In this document: in pieces, positions 49,753 through 60,145 of the stretch
Position numbering within the stretch: position 1 is the first letter of the stretch
How the letters are laid out: the number at the start of each line of letters is the position of its first letter
Program-made: the position numbers and the translations under genes
Assembly: GCA_965223845.1 (NCBI GenBank)
Contig: CBDCXR010000004.1
Coordinates: forward strand, 1,440,001-1,504,000
Direction: 5' to 3'
From: Planctomycetota bacterium
Lineage (GTDB): Bacteria; Planctomycetota; UBA8108; SXIK01
Length of the DNA: 64,000 nucleotides
Notes under the pieces: model-generated
Seen by the model: the letters and a program-made list of their open reading frames with translations, nothing else
What the model was told of the DNA's origin: nothing
The model's database searches: none

Positions 49753-49798
49753 CGGTCCCCGGCTCTCGAATGAGCCGAACGGGACGAACGAGCTGGAG

Positions 49799-49848
49799 CC
49801 CGCAGGTTCATCGCCCGCTCCGATAAAGCGCGTCGATGAACCTGCGGG
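49799..49848. repeat. 15-bp perfect inverted repeat between the esterase gene and purU
   Basis: CCCGCAGGTTCATCG-N20-CGATGAACCTGCGGG. Confidence 0.6.
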
Positions 49849-49960
49849 ACTCCGCCGAGCTGGGAATTCTCGCGTCGTTTCCCATCCGCTCGTCGCGTGC
49901 GATCGCTCTCTCCTATCGGAGAACAGCTTCCGCGTGCGTCCGGCCGAAACTCTAAGAGAC

Positions 49961-50821
49961 ATGCAAGCCATCATCACCGCGGTCGGACCCGACAACGTTC
50001 GGTTGGCCGATCCGATCGTTCACTACGTAACCAACGCCGGCGCGAACATCCGCGAGATCCAGATGTACGATCGCGACGATGAACGCGTCTTCGCGATGAT
50101 GTTGCGTCTGTGGATCGACACGGTGACGCTCGACGACTTGCGTGAGGGGCTCGATCGAATCGCGGCCGACACCGGTCTTTCGATCCGCGCCTGGGCCCGC
50201 GGCACCGACCCCGCGCGCCTCGCGATTTGTACTACGTATCGCCAAGAGCCGGTCCGAGCCGTACTCGACGCGATTCGAGTCGGACGACTCGACGCGGTCC
50301 CGGCCGTTCTCATCGGGAATCGGCCGCAGTGCGAATCCGTCGCGAAGGAATTCGGCGTTCCGTGGGAGTGCGTCGGCGACGACCGAGGCGAAGTCGACAA
50401 TCTTCGCATGGTCGAGCTCTTCGACGAGCACCGCGTCGACTACATCGTGCTTGCGCGCTACATGCGCGTCTTGCCGGCGGCGACGTGCTGGCAGTTCGCG
50501 GGGGGGCGCATCATCAACCTCCACCACGGACTGCTGCCGCCGTTTCCGGGGCTACGTCCGTATCGCGACGCCTTTGCGAGTCGCATGCTGACCTACGGCG
50601 CGACGGTTCATTTCATCGTGCCGGAGCTCGACGCGGGAAATCAGATCATCCACCAGTCGGCGTTCAGCGTAGCCCCGGGGACATCGCTCGAGGACATCCG
50701 CGCGCGCGGGCAAGTCGAGCACGAACCGGGCTGCCTCGTCGAAGGACTTCGCCGTGTGCTCGACCGCGAGGTGGAGCTCCACTTCCATCGCGTCGTCGCG
50801 GCGGACCGAACCGGCGACTGA
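49961..50821 (+). CDS. purU: Formyltetrahydrofolate deformylase (ACT + formyltransferase)
   Basis: N-terminal ACT (ITAVGPDN); VLARYMRVL, INLHHGLLPPFPG, GATVHFI.PELDAG. Confidence 0.85.
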   Translation: MQAIITAVGPDNVRLADPIVHYVTNAGANIREIQMYDRDDERVFAMMLRLWIDTVTLDDLREGLDRIAADTGLSIRAWARGTDPARLAICTTYRQEPVRAVLDAIRVGRLDAVPAVLIGNRPQCESVAKEFGVPWECVGDDRGEVDNLRMVELFDEHRVDYIVLARYMRVLPAATCWQFAGGRIINLHHGLLPPFPGLRPYRDAFASRMLTYGATVHFIVPELDAGNQIIHQSAFSVAPGTSLEDIRARGQVEHEPGCLVEGLRRVLDREVELHFHRVVAADRTGD

Positions 50822-51134
50822 ACCTGTCGGCACCGGAGAACCTCGTGGGGCGCGCGAAGACGCTCTGCGGCGGTTCTCGTAAGCGTTTCCGCGTGGACGA
50901 CTTTCGACGCTCGGTTCGGCTCGGGTTCGTGCTCGAAGCGTGCGCCGATTGGTCGCGGGCGTTGCCGCCCCCGGAGTGCCGCTTCCTCACCGTTTCTCCC
51001 GCGCTTTCCGGGTAGAATGGAGCGCGGTCCGTTCGACCGATCGGACGACGCCGAGCTGGACCCGGTTCGGCGATCACACCCGGGGGAGGCGCGTGGGTAC
51101 GGGGCGTAAGCCGCGCCCATTCGAGATTCCCTCC

Positions 51135-54100
51135 ATGACGCCTCGTCTCTCCGACATCCCTCTTCCTCCCGCGACTCGTGATTCGCGCTGTCTTCTCCGC
51201 GCGGTCACGCTCGCGTTCGCCACGCTCGGTCTCCCGGCGGTCGCGTCGGCGTTCAAGGTGGTGATCAACGAGATTCACTACCACCCTTCGAGCGGGGGAT
51301 CGTCGAGAGAGTTCGTCGAGATCTACAACTTCGACTCGGACGAAGTCGAGCTCTCCGGCGCTTTTCTCCGCGGTGGAATCGACTACGTCTTTCCTCACGG
51401 GACGGTGGTTCCGGCCGGCGGCTACGTGCTCCTCGCGAACGACCGAGATGCGCTCGCGGAGGCCTACGGGCTCGCGGCGGATGCGGTTTTCGGTCAGTTT
51501 GCGGGAAATCTATCGAACGACGGCGAGCGCGTGGAGCTGCTCAGTCGCGATGGGTACCTGATTTCGTTCGTCGAGTTCGACGATTCCTCGCCTTGGCCGG
51601 AGACCGCCGACGGGCTGGGGCCAACGCTCGAGCGGGTTTCGCCCATCCGCGAGGAAGCGGACGCACTCGCGTGGGCGGCGTCGATCGTGCCCGGAGGAAC
51701 CCCGGGTGGACCGAACTCGGCGGCGGTCGCGGAGCCATCCGGTCCCGCGGACACGGACGACATCATCGCACCGGGCGCGGACTGGAGATTCTTCCGCGGC
51801 GAGAGCGAACCGCCGGCCGACTGGAACGAGATCGAGTTCGACGACGCGGCGTGGGAGCTCGGTCCGGCGGGATTCGGTTTCGACGATGGTGACGACGCGA
51901 CGATTCTCGACGACATGCAGGGGAACTACACCACCGTCTACGTGCGTCGCGAGTTCCTCATCGAGGATCCGAGCCGAGTCCAAGCGCTTCGTTTCGAGAT
52001 TTCGTTCGACGATGGGTACGTCGCGTACTTAAACGGCGTGGAGATCGGTCGAGAGAACGCTCCGGGACCGACGGGTTCGTTCGTCGCGCACGATGACATC
52101 GCTTCGGAGGGGACGGTGCCCGCTCTCGTCGACATCGTCGATCTCGGCGGTCGTCTCGATCTCCTCGAGACGGGCCCGAACGTGCTCAGCGCCATCGGTC
52201 TCAACCGCAGCGTGCAGAGCGGAGACTTCTCGCTTCACCCGCAGCTCGAAGGAACGATCGCACCGGACGATCCGGACCCGCCGCCGGAGGCCCTCACACG
52301 GCCGCGGCGCGACGTCGTGATCAACGAGATCGCTCCGGAAGGAAACGGGGACGGCTGGGTCGAGCTCTACAACCCAGGACCCGACGCGGTGGATGTTTCG
52401 GGTCGCCGACTCCGGGTGTTTCCGGCGTCGCAGGGCGACTACGCTCTCCCCGCCGACGCGATCATTCCGCCGAACGAGACGCTCGTCGTCGACGAAGCCG
52501 CGCTCGGCTTCGAGCTCGAGTTCATCACCGTGCTCATGTTCACGACGAGCGCGGGAGCGTGGATCGACGCCCTGAATCCGTTCAATACCGGGCCGGGGCA
52601 GTCGACTGGGCGTTACCCCGACGGCGACGGGAACCGCTATCTCTTCTCGGCGCACTCGCGCGACGCGGCGAACATGACCGATCCCGAGCGGAGAGTCGTC
52701 ATCAACGAGATTCAGTACCATCCGAGCGACATGGATGCGGGTGGCGAGTGGATCGAGTTCTTCAATCGATCGGACGAGGCCGTGGATCTTTCGGGGTGGG
52801 CGATCGCGCGTGGAATCAATTACTCGTTTCTGCCGGGCACGGAGATCGCCGCGGGAGACTATCTCGTCGTCGCGTCCGATCCGGCGGCCGTCGAAGCGAA
52901 GCACGAGATCGCGGGCGTGCTCGGGCCGTACACCGGGCGCCTCGACAACGACGCCGAGACGGTGATCCTGCGCGACTTCCTCGGCAACGTCGCTGATCGC
53001 GTGCGCTTTGCCGACGAGGGGTCGTGGCCGCCGGAACCAGACGGGCTCGGACCTTCCGCGGAGCTCGTCCATCCCGACCTCGACAATCGCTACGGACCCG
53101 CGTGGCGAGCGAGCGACGGCGAGGGGACACCGGGAGCGGTGAACTCGCGTCTCGCCGCCGATCCCACGCCGATCGTCGCAGGAGTCCGGCACGCACCCGC
53201 GGTGCCGACCCCCGACGACTCCGTTCGCGTGCTCGCATCGGTCTCGGACGACCAAGCCGTCACCGAGGCGACCCTCTTCTATGAGGTCGACCGCGGGCCC
53301 GGGCCGTTTTCCGTCGACATGGAGGACGACGGGGTGGCCGACGACGGCATCGCCGGGAACGGGATCTTCGGCGCGACGATTCCCCCGTTCGGCGATCGAG
53401 CGATCATCGCGTTTTGGATCCGGGCCCGAGCCGACGGCGGGCAAGAGACGACGGTACCGAACGGCGCGCCGCGACCTTCATTTCTTTATCAGGTCGAGTC
53501 TCCCGAGAGTGCGCGAGTCCGTCCCCTCTACCGCGTCGTCATGCGCGACTCCGACCTCGACGAGCTCGAGAGTCGAAGCGTGAATAGCAATGTCCTCCTC
53601 GATGCGACCTTCGTCGCGGCGGGCGAGGCCTACTACAACCGAGGAATCCGCTACCGTGGGAGCTCGGCCCGATCCTGTGACCCCCTCAGTTACCGCATCC
53701 AGTTCGATCACGACCGATCGTTCCACGGCATCAAGCGTCTCAACTTGAACGGTTGCAATCGTCAGCGCCAATGGATCGGACTCGACTTCCTTCGTCGAAC
53801 GGGTGTGCCAACGCCGCAGTCATGGTTTCGCGTTCTGTCGCTCAACGGTGAGCGGGAGACGCGCGCGCATCTCCGCGTCGAGGCGATCGACGACTCTTTT
53901 CTGACGCGCACGATGCCGTTCGACGACGATGGCAATCTCTATCGCGGCGTGTCTCGCGCGAATTTCGACTACCGGGGCGAGGATCCCGACGACTACCGCC
54001 AGCACTTTCAAAAGCGGACGAACGAAGCGCTCGACGACTATTCGGACGTCATCGATATTTGCGACCGGATGACGAACTCGTCCGATGAGGAGTTTCCCGC

Positions 54101-56123
54101 CGCGGTCGAGGAACGGGTCGACGTTCGGCAATGGGCGAACTACTTCGCGGCCTTCGCGCTCCTCGGTTCAACCGAGAACAGCATCGTTCTCAATAACGGG
54201 GATGACTACTTTTGCTACCGGCGGTTCTCCGACGACCGCTGGATTCTGCTCCCGTGGGATCTCGACAGCTGCTTCGATTCGGAGACCCAGGAGCTCTTCC
54301 GGCCTCGCGTCGAGGCGATCATGCGATTCCTGCGCCATCCGCGCTACGCTCCGGACTACTGGTGCGACGTGGAAGCGCTACTCGAATCAGCGTTTCTGCT
54401 CGATCTGACGAACGATCGCATCGACCACCTCGTACCCCTCTTCTCCGAAAACGTGACCGGTCAGCTTCGGCAGTTCGCTGCCGCTCGGCGCGACTTCATC
54501 TCCGCTCGAATTCAGTCGGACCTCGTGGCAAGTGTCGACCAAGGCGGTTCGATCTGCGGTGGCACGCTCACGCGAACCGCCGGGAACGTCAGCCTGAGCG
54601 GACTCGCGCCCGGTTGCGGGACCACGGAAGTCCTCGTGGCCGGCCTCCCGGCGGGCTTCAACCCGGTGTCGAACGCTTGGTCGGCGACGCGGGATCTGAG
54701 CGAGGTCGACCTGCTCGAGATCGTTGCGCGGTACCGCGACGGGACGGAGGTGGCGCGGCTCGAATATCCGGTCGTCGCGACCGGCGGGACGACCCCCGTG
54801 CCGAATCCGATCAGCTCCGATACGGTGCTCACTCGCGAGGGCAGTCCGTACCGCGCGGGCAGCACGATCGTCGTCGAGAGCGGGGCGACGCTTTCGATCG
54901 AGCCGGGCGTCGAAGTGTGGTTCGATGCGGACGCGGGCCTCGAGATTGCAGGACGCTTGCTCGCCGAGGGAACGGCGGACGAACCGATTCGTTTTCGCGA
55001 GGATGACTGCGGCGAGAGATGGGAAGGGATCGCGTTTCTCGGATCCTCTTCCGGCAGCCGCCTCGAGCACTGCGAGCTCACTCGACTGACCGACGCGCAA
55101 GGATTCAGCGGCGGTGTGGTGATCGACGGCGGTGAAGCGACGATCGTCGACACCGCGATCGAGACGACCGCGACCTCCTCGATCCGCGTTCGGTCGGACG
55201 GCGAGCTGTCGCTCGAGAGGTCGGTTCTCGAGAGCACCGAGGATGGCGTCCGCATCGCCGATGCGGGGGCGACGATCACCGCGGTCGCCTTTGTCGATCT
55301 TCCGGGGACGGCGGTTCAGAGCTCGGGCGCGTCGGAAGTCCCCCTCATCGTCCGTGACTCGAGCGTCGAGCGCTGCGGCGAGGGCGTCGTCGGCGCGGCT
55401 CAATCGGTCGAGTGCTCCGGCGTGGACGTTCACGACGTCACGGGATCGGCCTTCGCGCTTCGCGGTCCGGGGCAGCTCACCGGGACGCGACTCGTGGTGC
55501 GTACGGCCGGAATCGGCCTCGAAGTGACCGACACGGGAAGTGCTGCAATCGATCACGCGACGTTCTACGACGTGACGACCGGCCTTCGCGCGGACAGCGG
55601 CGGCGACCTGAACGGCCACAGCCTCATCGTCTGGAACTCCGCGAGCGCCCAGGAGACCGGCGGCGGAGGAACGATCGCTCTTTCGACGTCCAACACGCAA
55701 GGTGGGGCCGCAGTCGGCCCGGGCAACATCGCTCTCGACCCGGTGTTCGTCGACGCGCCTGCGGATCTGCGTCTTCGCTTCGCGTCGCCGTGCCGTGGGA
55801 CGGGGAGCGACGGCACCGACATGGGAGCCTTTGCGTACGAGCCGCTCGGGGAGACTCATCGGTTTACGCTGTGCGATGCGAACTCCGACGGCAACGTCGA
55901 CGTCTCCGACGCGATTTTCCTCCTGCTCTCGCTCTTCGGAGACGGCTCCGCTCCGCTCTGCGACGCTGCGGTCGATTGCAATTCGGACGGCCCCACGAAC
56001 ATCGCGGACGCGGTGTTCCTCCTCGACCATCTCTTCGTCGGCGCACAGTCGCCGATCGAGCCGTACCCGGCGTGCGACGAAGTGCTCGTCGAAAGCTGCG
56101 CGGTGGACTCCTGCGCCGAGTGA
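51135..56123 (+). CDS. Secreted lamin-tail / CotH-kinase / beta-helix / dockerin-like protein
   Basis: Three VVINEI lamin-tail starts; CotH-like GIRYRGSSAR and LLPWDLD; GTADEPIRF beta-helix entry; duplicated DANSDG..DVSD / DCNSDG..NIAD dockerin-like motif. Confidence 0.82.
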   Translation: MTPRLSDIPLPPATRDSRCLLRAVTLAFATLGLPAVASAFKVVINEIHYHPSSGGSSREFVEIYNFDSDEVELSGAFLRGGIDYVFPHGTVVPAGGYVLLANDRDALAEAYGLAADAVFGQFAGNLSNDGERVELLSRDGYLISFVEFDDSSPWPETADGLGPTLERVSPIREEADALAWAASIVPGGTPGGPNSAAVAEPSGPADTDDIIAPGADWRFFRGESEPPADWNEIEFDDAAWELGPAGFGFDDGDDATILDDMQGNYTTVYVRREFLIEDPSRVQALRFEISFDDGYVAYLNGVEIGRENAPGPTGSFVAHDDIASEGTVPALVDIVDLGGRLDLLETGPNVLSAIGLNRSVQSGDFSLHPQLEGTIAPDDPDPPPEALTRPRRDVVINEIAPEGNGDGWVELYNPGPDAVDVSGRRLRVFPASQGDYALPADAIIPPNETLVVDEAALGFELEFITVLMFTTSAGAWIDALNPFNTGPGQSTGRYPDGDGNRYLFSAHSRDAANMTDPERRVVINEIQYHPSDMDAGGEWIEFFNRSDEAVDLSGWAIARGINYSFLPGTEIAAGDYLVVASDPAAVEAKHEIAGVLGPYTGRLDNDAETVILRDFLGNVADRVRFADEGSWPPEPDGLGPSAELVHPDLDNRYGPAWRASDGEGTPGAVNSRLAADPTPIVAGVRHAPAVPTPDDSVRVLASVSDDQAVTEATLFYEVDRGPGPFSVDMEDDGVADDGIAGNGIFGATIPPFGDRAIIAFWIRARADGGQETTVPNGAPRPSFLYQVESPESARVRPLYRVVMRDSDLDELESRSVNSNVLLDATFVAAGEAYYNRGIRYRGSSARSCDPLSYRIQFDHDRSFHGIKRLNLNGCNRQRQWIGLDFLRRTGVPTPQSWFRVLSLNGERETRAHLRVEAIDDSFLTRTMPFDDDGNLYRGVSRANFDYRGEDPDDYRQHFQKRTNEALDDYSDVIDICDRMTNSSDEEFPAAVEERVDVRQWANYFAAFALLGSTENSIVLNNGDDYFCYRRFSDDRWILLPWDLDSCFDSETQELFRPRVEAIMRFLRHPRYAPDYWCDVEALLESAFLLDLTNDRIDHLVPLFSENVTGQLRQFAAARRDFISARIQSDLVASVDQGGSICGGTLTRTAGNVSLSGLAPGCGTTEVLVAGLPAGFNPVSNAWSATRDLSEVDLLEIVARYRDGTEVARLEYPVVATGGTTPVPNPISSDTVLTREGSPYRAGSTIVVESGATLSIEPGVEVWFDADAGLEIAGRLLAEGTADEPIRFREDDCGERWEGIAFLGSSSGSRLEHCELTRLTDAQGFSGGVVIDGGEATIVDTAIETTATSSIRVRSDGELSLERSVLESTEDGVRIADAGATITAVAFVDLPGTAVQSSGASEVPLIVRDSSVERCGEGVVGAAQSVECSGVDVHDVTGSAFALRGPGQLTGTRLVVRTAGIGLEVTDTGSAAIDHATFYDVTTGLRADSGGDLNGHSLIVWNSASAQETGGGGTIALSTSNTQGGAAVGPGNIALDPVFVDAPADLRLRFASPCRGTGSDGTDMGAFAYEPLGETHRFTLCDANSDGNVDVSDAIFLLLSLFGDGSAPLCDAAVDCNSDGPTNIADAVFLLDHLFVGAQSPIEPYPACDEVLVESCAVDSCAE

Positions 56124-56132
56124 GCGAGCGGT

Positions 56133-58055
56133 TCAGTCCTCTCCTGGGCCGGCTTTCTGCGTCGCCGCGTCCTCCATCAGCGTGTGCATTCGCCGCACGA
56201 GCTCGTGGGGATCGGTCAGGTAGCCGTCGGCGAGCATCGCGCCCTCGAAGATCTGCTCGCACACGCGCTCCACGAACTGGGGCTCTTCGTCTCGTTCGAC
56301 GAGTCGCTCGAGACTGCGGATCAGCGCGTGCTTCGGGTTCAGCTCGAGCGTTTTCTTCGGGAGCGTCACATCCTTGTTCATCAGTCGGAGCATCTTGTCC
56401 ATGTGTCCGGACACCTGATCGCCGACGAGGCAGGCGGGAGAGTCGACGAGACGCTCACTCGTACGGATGTCCTCGACTCGCTCGCCGAGAATCGACTTGA
56501 AGCGGTCGATCAGCTTGGTGACGTCCGGGGAGTCCGCGGAGACCGAGGTATCGTCTCCCTCGTCCGTCGACGGACTCTCGCCGTCGCCACCGAGCTCTTT
56601 CAAGTCCTCCGGCTTCACCTGGTCGGCCGAGACGAGCTCCTTCTCCTCGAATCGGCCGAGATTGCCGAGCACGAACTCGTCGGCGAGATCGCTTAGATAG
56701 AGCACTTCTACGCCGCGCTTTCGAAAGATCTCGAGTCGCGGATCCCGAACGAGCGCATCCCGCGACGGACCCGAGAGATAGTAGATCGCCTTCTGCCCTT
56801 CCGGCATTCGTCCCACGTAGTCGGCGAGGCTGTAGAGATCGTCCCCCTTCTCGGAGTGAGAGCTGTCGAAGCGAAGGAGCGCGACGATCGATTCGCGGTG
56901 AGCGAAGTCCGAGTGACCTTCCTTGATGAAGCGGCCGAAGGTCTGCCAAAACTCGCCGTATTTCTCCCGGTCGTTCGCCGCGAGATCGGCGAACTGCTTG
57001 AGCAGTTTTTTCGTGAGCGTGTCACGGATCTTGGCAACGAGAGGATTCTCCTGGAGCGTCTCGCGCGAGACGTTGAGTGGGAGGTCCTCGCACTCGACGA
57101 CCCCCTGTACGAAACGCAGGTAGGACGGGAGAAGATTCTCATTCTCGCCGTCGATCAGCACGCGCTTCACGTAAAGCTGTAGGCTGACCTTCCGCTCGCC
57201 GAAGCCGAGGACCTCGGTGTTCGTCTTCGGAACGAAGAGGAGCGCCGAGAACTGAAGCGGTGCGTCCACCGACAGGTGGAGATGGAGCAGGGGGTCCTCG
57301 TACGCGTGGTTCGCGAACTTGTGGAACTCCGTGTACTGCTCGGCCTTCACTTGGTGAGGAGGCTCGCGCCAGAGAGCCGAGGTCTGGTTGACCTGCTCGT
57401 CCTCGAGCCGGATCGCGAACGGAATGAAGTTCGAATACTTGCGGATCGCTTGTTCGATCGTGGATTTCTCGGCGAAGCGCTCTTCATCCTTCTTGAGTCG
57501 GATCTCGATCCGCGTTCCGCGTGGGGTGTCGGTCGGCGCGTCGGAGACGGCGTAGGAGCCGAGTCCATCGCTCGACCAGCGGACGGGGGCGGCCGCGGGA
57601 TTCGCCGAACGCGACGTGACGACGACTTCGTCCGCGACCATGAACACCGAATAGAAACCGACGCCGAAACGTCCGATGAGGCTCAGGTCCTTCTTCGTTT
57701 CACCCTTGAGCTCGTCGAGAAACGCCGTGGCGCCGCTGTGAGCGATCGTTCCGAGATTGGTCCGGATTTCGTCCTCCGACATGCCGATTCCGCGGTCGGC
57801 GATGACGAGCGTCTTTCGCTCTCCTTCGCCGCCGATCGAGATCGTCACCTCGAGCGGTGCATCGGGATCGGCGAGCTCCTCTTCTCTCACCTGCCTGAAG
57901 CGCACCTTCTCGAGCGCATCGGCCGCGTTCGAAAGGAGCTCGCGAATGAAGATGTCCTTCGCCGTGTAGACCGAGTGGATGAGGATATCGAGGAGCTGTT
58001 TGACCTCGGCCTTGAACTCGTAGCTGCGAGTTTCGTCTTGGGTCTCTTGGTTCAT
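56133..58055 (-). CDS. htpG: Molecular chaperone HtpG (Hsp90)
   Basis: FKAEVKQLL, FIRELLSNAADA, DRGIGM, LGTIAHSG, IGRFGVGFYS, DLPLNVSRETLQ. Confidence 0.97.
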   Translation of the reverse strand: MNQETQDETRSYEFKAEVKQLLDILIHSVYTAKDIFIRELLSNAADALEKVRFRQVREEELADPDAPLEVTISIGGEGERKTLVIADRGIGMSEDEIRTNLGTIAHSGATAFLDELKGETKKDLSLIGRFGVGFYSVFMVADEVVVTSRSANPAAAPVRWSSDGLGSYAVSDAPTDTPRGTRIEIRLKKDEERFAEKSTIEQAIRKYSNFIPFAIRLEDEQVNQTSALWREPPHQVKAEQYTEFHKFANHAYEDPLLHLHLSVDAPLQFSALLFVPKTNTEVLGFGERKVSLQLYVKRVLIDGENENLLPSYLRFVQGVVECEDLPLNVSRETLQENPLVAKIRDTLTKKLLKQFADLAANDREKYGEFWQTFGRFIKEGHSDFAHRESIVALLRFDSSHSEKGDDLYSLADYVGRMPEGQKAIYYLSGPSRDALVRDPRLEIFRKRGVEVLYLSDLADEFVLGNLGRFEEKELVSADQVKPEDLKELGGDGESPSTDEGDDTSVSADSPDVTKLIDRFKSILGERVEDIRTSERLVDSPACLVGDQVSGHMDKMLRLMNKDVTLPKKTLELNPKHALIRSLERLVERDEEPQFVERVCEQIFEGAMLADGYLTDPHELVRRMHTLMEDAATQKAGPGED

Positions 58056-58254
58056 GGTCTTCGTGAATCGAGAGTGTCGGGTCTCCGTTCCCGCTCCGGC
58101 GCGCGGTTCCCTGGCCGCGACCGTCATGAGAATTCGGAACGTATCGTCCGTCGGAAGAAAACTGGGGGTTGCCCGAAGAATCGTAGCCCGGGACAAGATG
58201 CCGCGACGAACCTTCTCCGGCAAGAGGCTCGTTGCGCGCGTGAGCGACGGCCGG

Positions 58255-60087
58255 TCAGTAGAGCCCGTGGAGCGGCCCGCCGGCCGCCGCGAGCGCCTCG
58301 ACTCGCGTCGTCACCTCGGGATCCTCCTCGAGCGGCGGCGCGTGATGCGGTTTTGAACGCGCGTCGATCACGAGCGAGCCGTGGCAGCCCCAGTGCTTGT
58401 CTTCGCTGAAGGCGCGAATCCCGTGGACGTCGTGGGACGGGTTCGATCGCGTAAAGGTCACCCAGAGGAAGTTGCGGAGGTCGCGGGCGGTGAACACGCT
58501 GTCGTCGACGAGAACGACAAGCGGAAAGTCCGTGAGCAACTCGACCTCGGACCAGGGCGCGGTGAGGCGCTCGATCGCGGCGAGAGCGGACTGGCGATCG
58601 GCGTACGCGGGGGCTCCGACGACGAGGACGCCGGGAAGCGCGATCGCCGCGTCGCGGAATCCGTCCGGGAGTTGAAGCGTGGGGGGAACCCGTGTGCCGA
58701 GTGTCCTCCGCGCGGGACCCGCCGCCGCGACGACAAGCTTCGATCCTGAGTTCAGCCCGGTCCCGGAGTAGTCGAGCGTGTCGATCGTGGTTCTCGTTTG
58801 GAAGTGGAGATCTCGTGCCCAGTCGACGCGTTCGAGCACGTGCCGAAAGAACGCGGGAATATCGTTCGCGTCGAGTGCGGTGTCGTCCTCTCCGGCGGCG
58901 ATCCAAAGGTACTTCGCGAGCGAGCACTGACCGAAGCCGAGGATCGCGTTGGCGATCGTGAGGAGCTCCTGAGGCACGCGCTCCCCATAAGGAACGTAGC
59001 GTTCGCTCCCGATCGCGAGAAGAAGGGGATGAACTCCCGCCGCGTCGACCGCATGGAGCGCGCGGACACCGGGAATCGAGCGCGGCACCATCGGCCCGGT
59101 GATCTCGTGAATGAGCTCGCCGAAGCACGTGTCCTCCTGCGGCGGTCGCCCGACGACCGTAAACGGCCAGATGGCGTCGCGGCGGTGGTCAATCGACTCC
59201 ACTCGGAGAACCGGAAACTCGTGCTGGAGGCTGTAGTAGCCGAGATGGTCGCCGAACGGGCCCTCGGGAAGAGTGCGTTCGGGATCGACGGTTCCCGTCA
59301 GACAGAAGTCCGCGTCGGCCGAAATCACCCAGCCGTCGCGGCGCACGTAGCGAAAGCGCCGTCCTCCGAGCATCCCGGCGAAGAGAAGCTCCGAGAGTCC
59401 TTCAGGAAGAGGCATAACGGCGGCGAAGGTGTGCGCGGGCGGGCCGCCGACGAACACGCTCACCCGGAGCGGAGTCCCGGCCTCGACCGCGCGCGTGTGG
59501 TGGACGCCGATGCCGCGGTGGATCTGGTAGTGGAGTCCGATCTCGCGCTCGGGCTCGTAGTCGTTTCCGGAGAGTTGAATTCGATACATACCGAGGTTCG
59601 ACCGTATCACGCTCGGCTGGGAAGGATCCTCGGTAAAGACCTGGGGAAGAGTGATGAAGGGGCCGCCGTCGAGCGGCCACGAGCGAATCTGAGGGAGCTC
59701 GCTCACGTTGCAAGTGGACTCGAGCACGGGGCCGCTCCGAACTCGGCGGGGGAGACCCGTGAGCGCCGTCCAGGACGCGCCCGCGGATCGAAGGGGAGAT
59801 GCTCTCCACGATCCGGGATCGGCGCGGAGCGAAATCACGTGCCGGAGCCGCTCGAGTGTGTGACGGAAGAGGAAGCGACAGCGATCGAGCGTCCCGAAAA
59901 GGTTCGCAACCGCGGGGAACGCGCACCCGCGAACGTTTTCGAAGAGCACGGCCGGTCCGCCGGCGGCGAACAGTCGTCGCTGCACCGCGGCGATCTCGAG
60001 ATCGGGATCGATCTCGGCCGCAACGCGGCGAAGGTCGCCGTTCGCCTCGAGATCTTCGACGCACTCCCGGAGACTGCGGTAGGTCAT
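58255..60087 (-). CDS. UbiD-family (prFMN-dependent) decarboxylase, long form
   Basis: GGPAVLFENV, ANLFGT, DGGPFITLP, NLGMYRIQ, EGPFGDHLGYYS, VGRPPQED. Confidence 0.9.
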   Translation of the reverse strand: MTYRSLRECVEDLEANGDLRRVAAEIDPDLEIAAVQRRLFAAGGPAVLFENVRGCAFPAVANLFGTLDRCRFLFRHTLERLRHVISLRADPGSWRASPLRSAGASWTALTGLPRRVRSGPVLESTCNVSELPQIRSWPLDGGPFITLPQVFTEDPSQPSVIRSNLGMYRIQLSGNDYEPEREIGLHYQIHRGIGVHHTRAVEAGTPLRVSVFVGGPPAHTFAAVMPLPEGLSELLFAGMLGGRRFRYVRRDGWVISADADFCLTGTVDPERTLPEGPFGDHLGYYSLQHEFPVLRVESIDHRRDAIWPFTVVGRPPQEDTCFGELIHEITGPMVPRSIPGVRALHAVDAAGVHPLLLAIGSERYVPYGERVPQELLTIANAILGFGQCSLAKYLWIAAGEDDTALDANDIPAFFRHVLERVDWARDLHFQTRTTIDTLDYSGTGLNSGSKLVVAAAGPARRTLGTRVPPTLQLPDGFRDAAIALPGVLVVGAPAYADRQSALAAIERLTAPWSEVELLTDFPLVVLVDDSVFTARDLRNFLWVTFTRSNPSHDVHGIRAFSEDKHWGCHGSLVIDARSKPHHAPPLEEDPEVTTRVEALAAAGGPLHGLY

Positions 60088-60145
60088 GCCTGCGCTTCTC
60101 CGATGTGCAGTGCGCCGGCGGCGCGTGTCGGCGAACGGTGAACGG

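Noticed and set aside
49753-49960. ZTP (pfl) or THF riboswitch upstream of purU
   Set aside because: The conserved ZTP elements (GACUGGCG ... CGCCUGGGC) were not found; only generic hairpins are present.
58054-58080. CIRCE operator upstream of htpG
   Set aside because: CCGACACTC-N9-GAAGACCAT has the right spacing but only one half resembles the consensus. A lone GAGTGCTAG half-site near 20097 is likewise unpaired.
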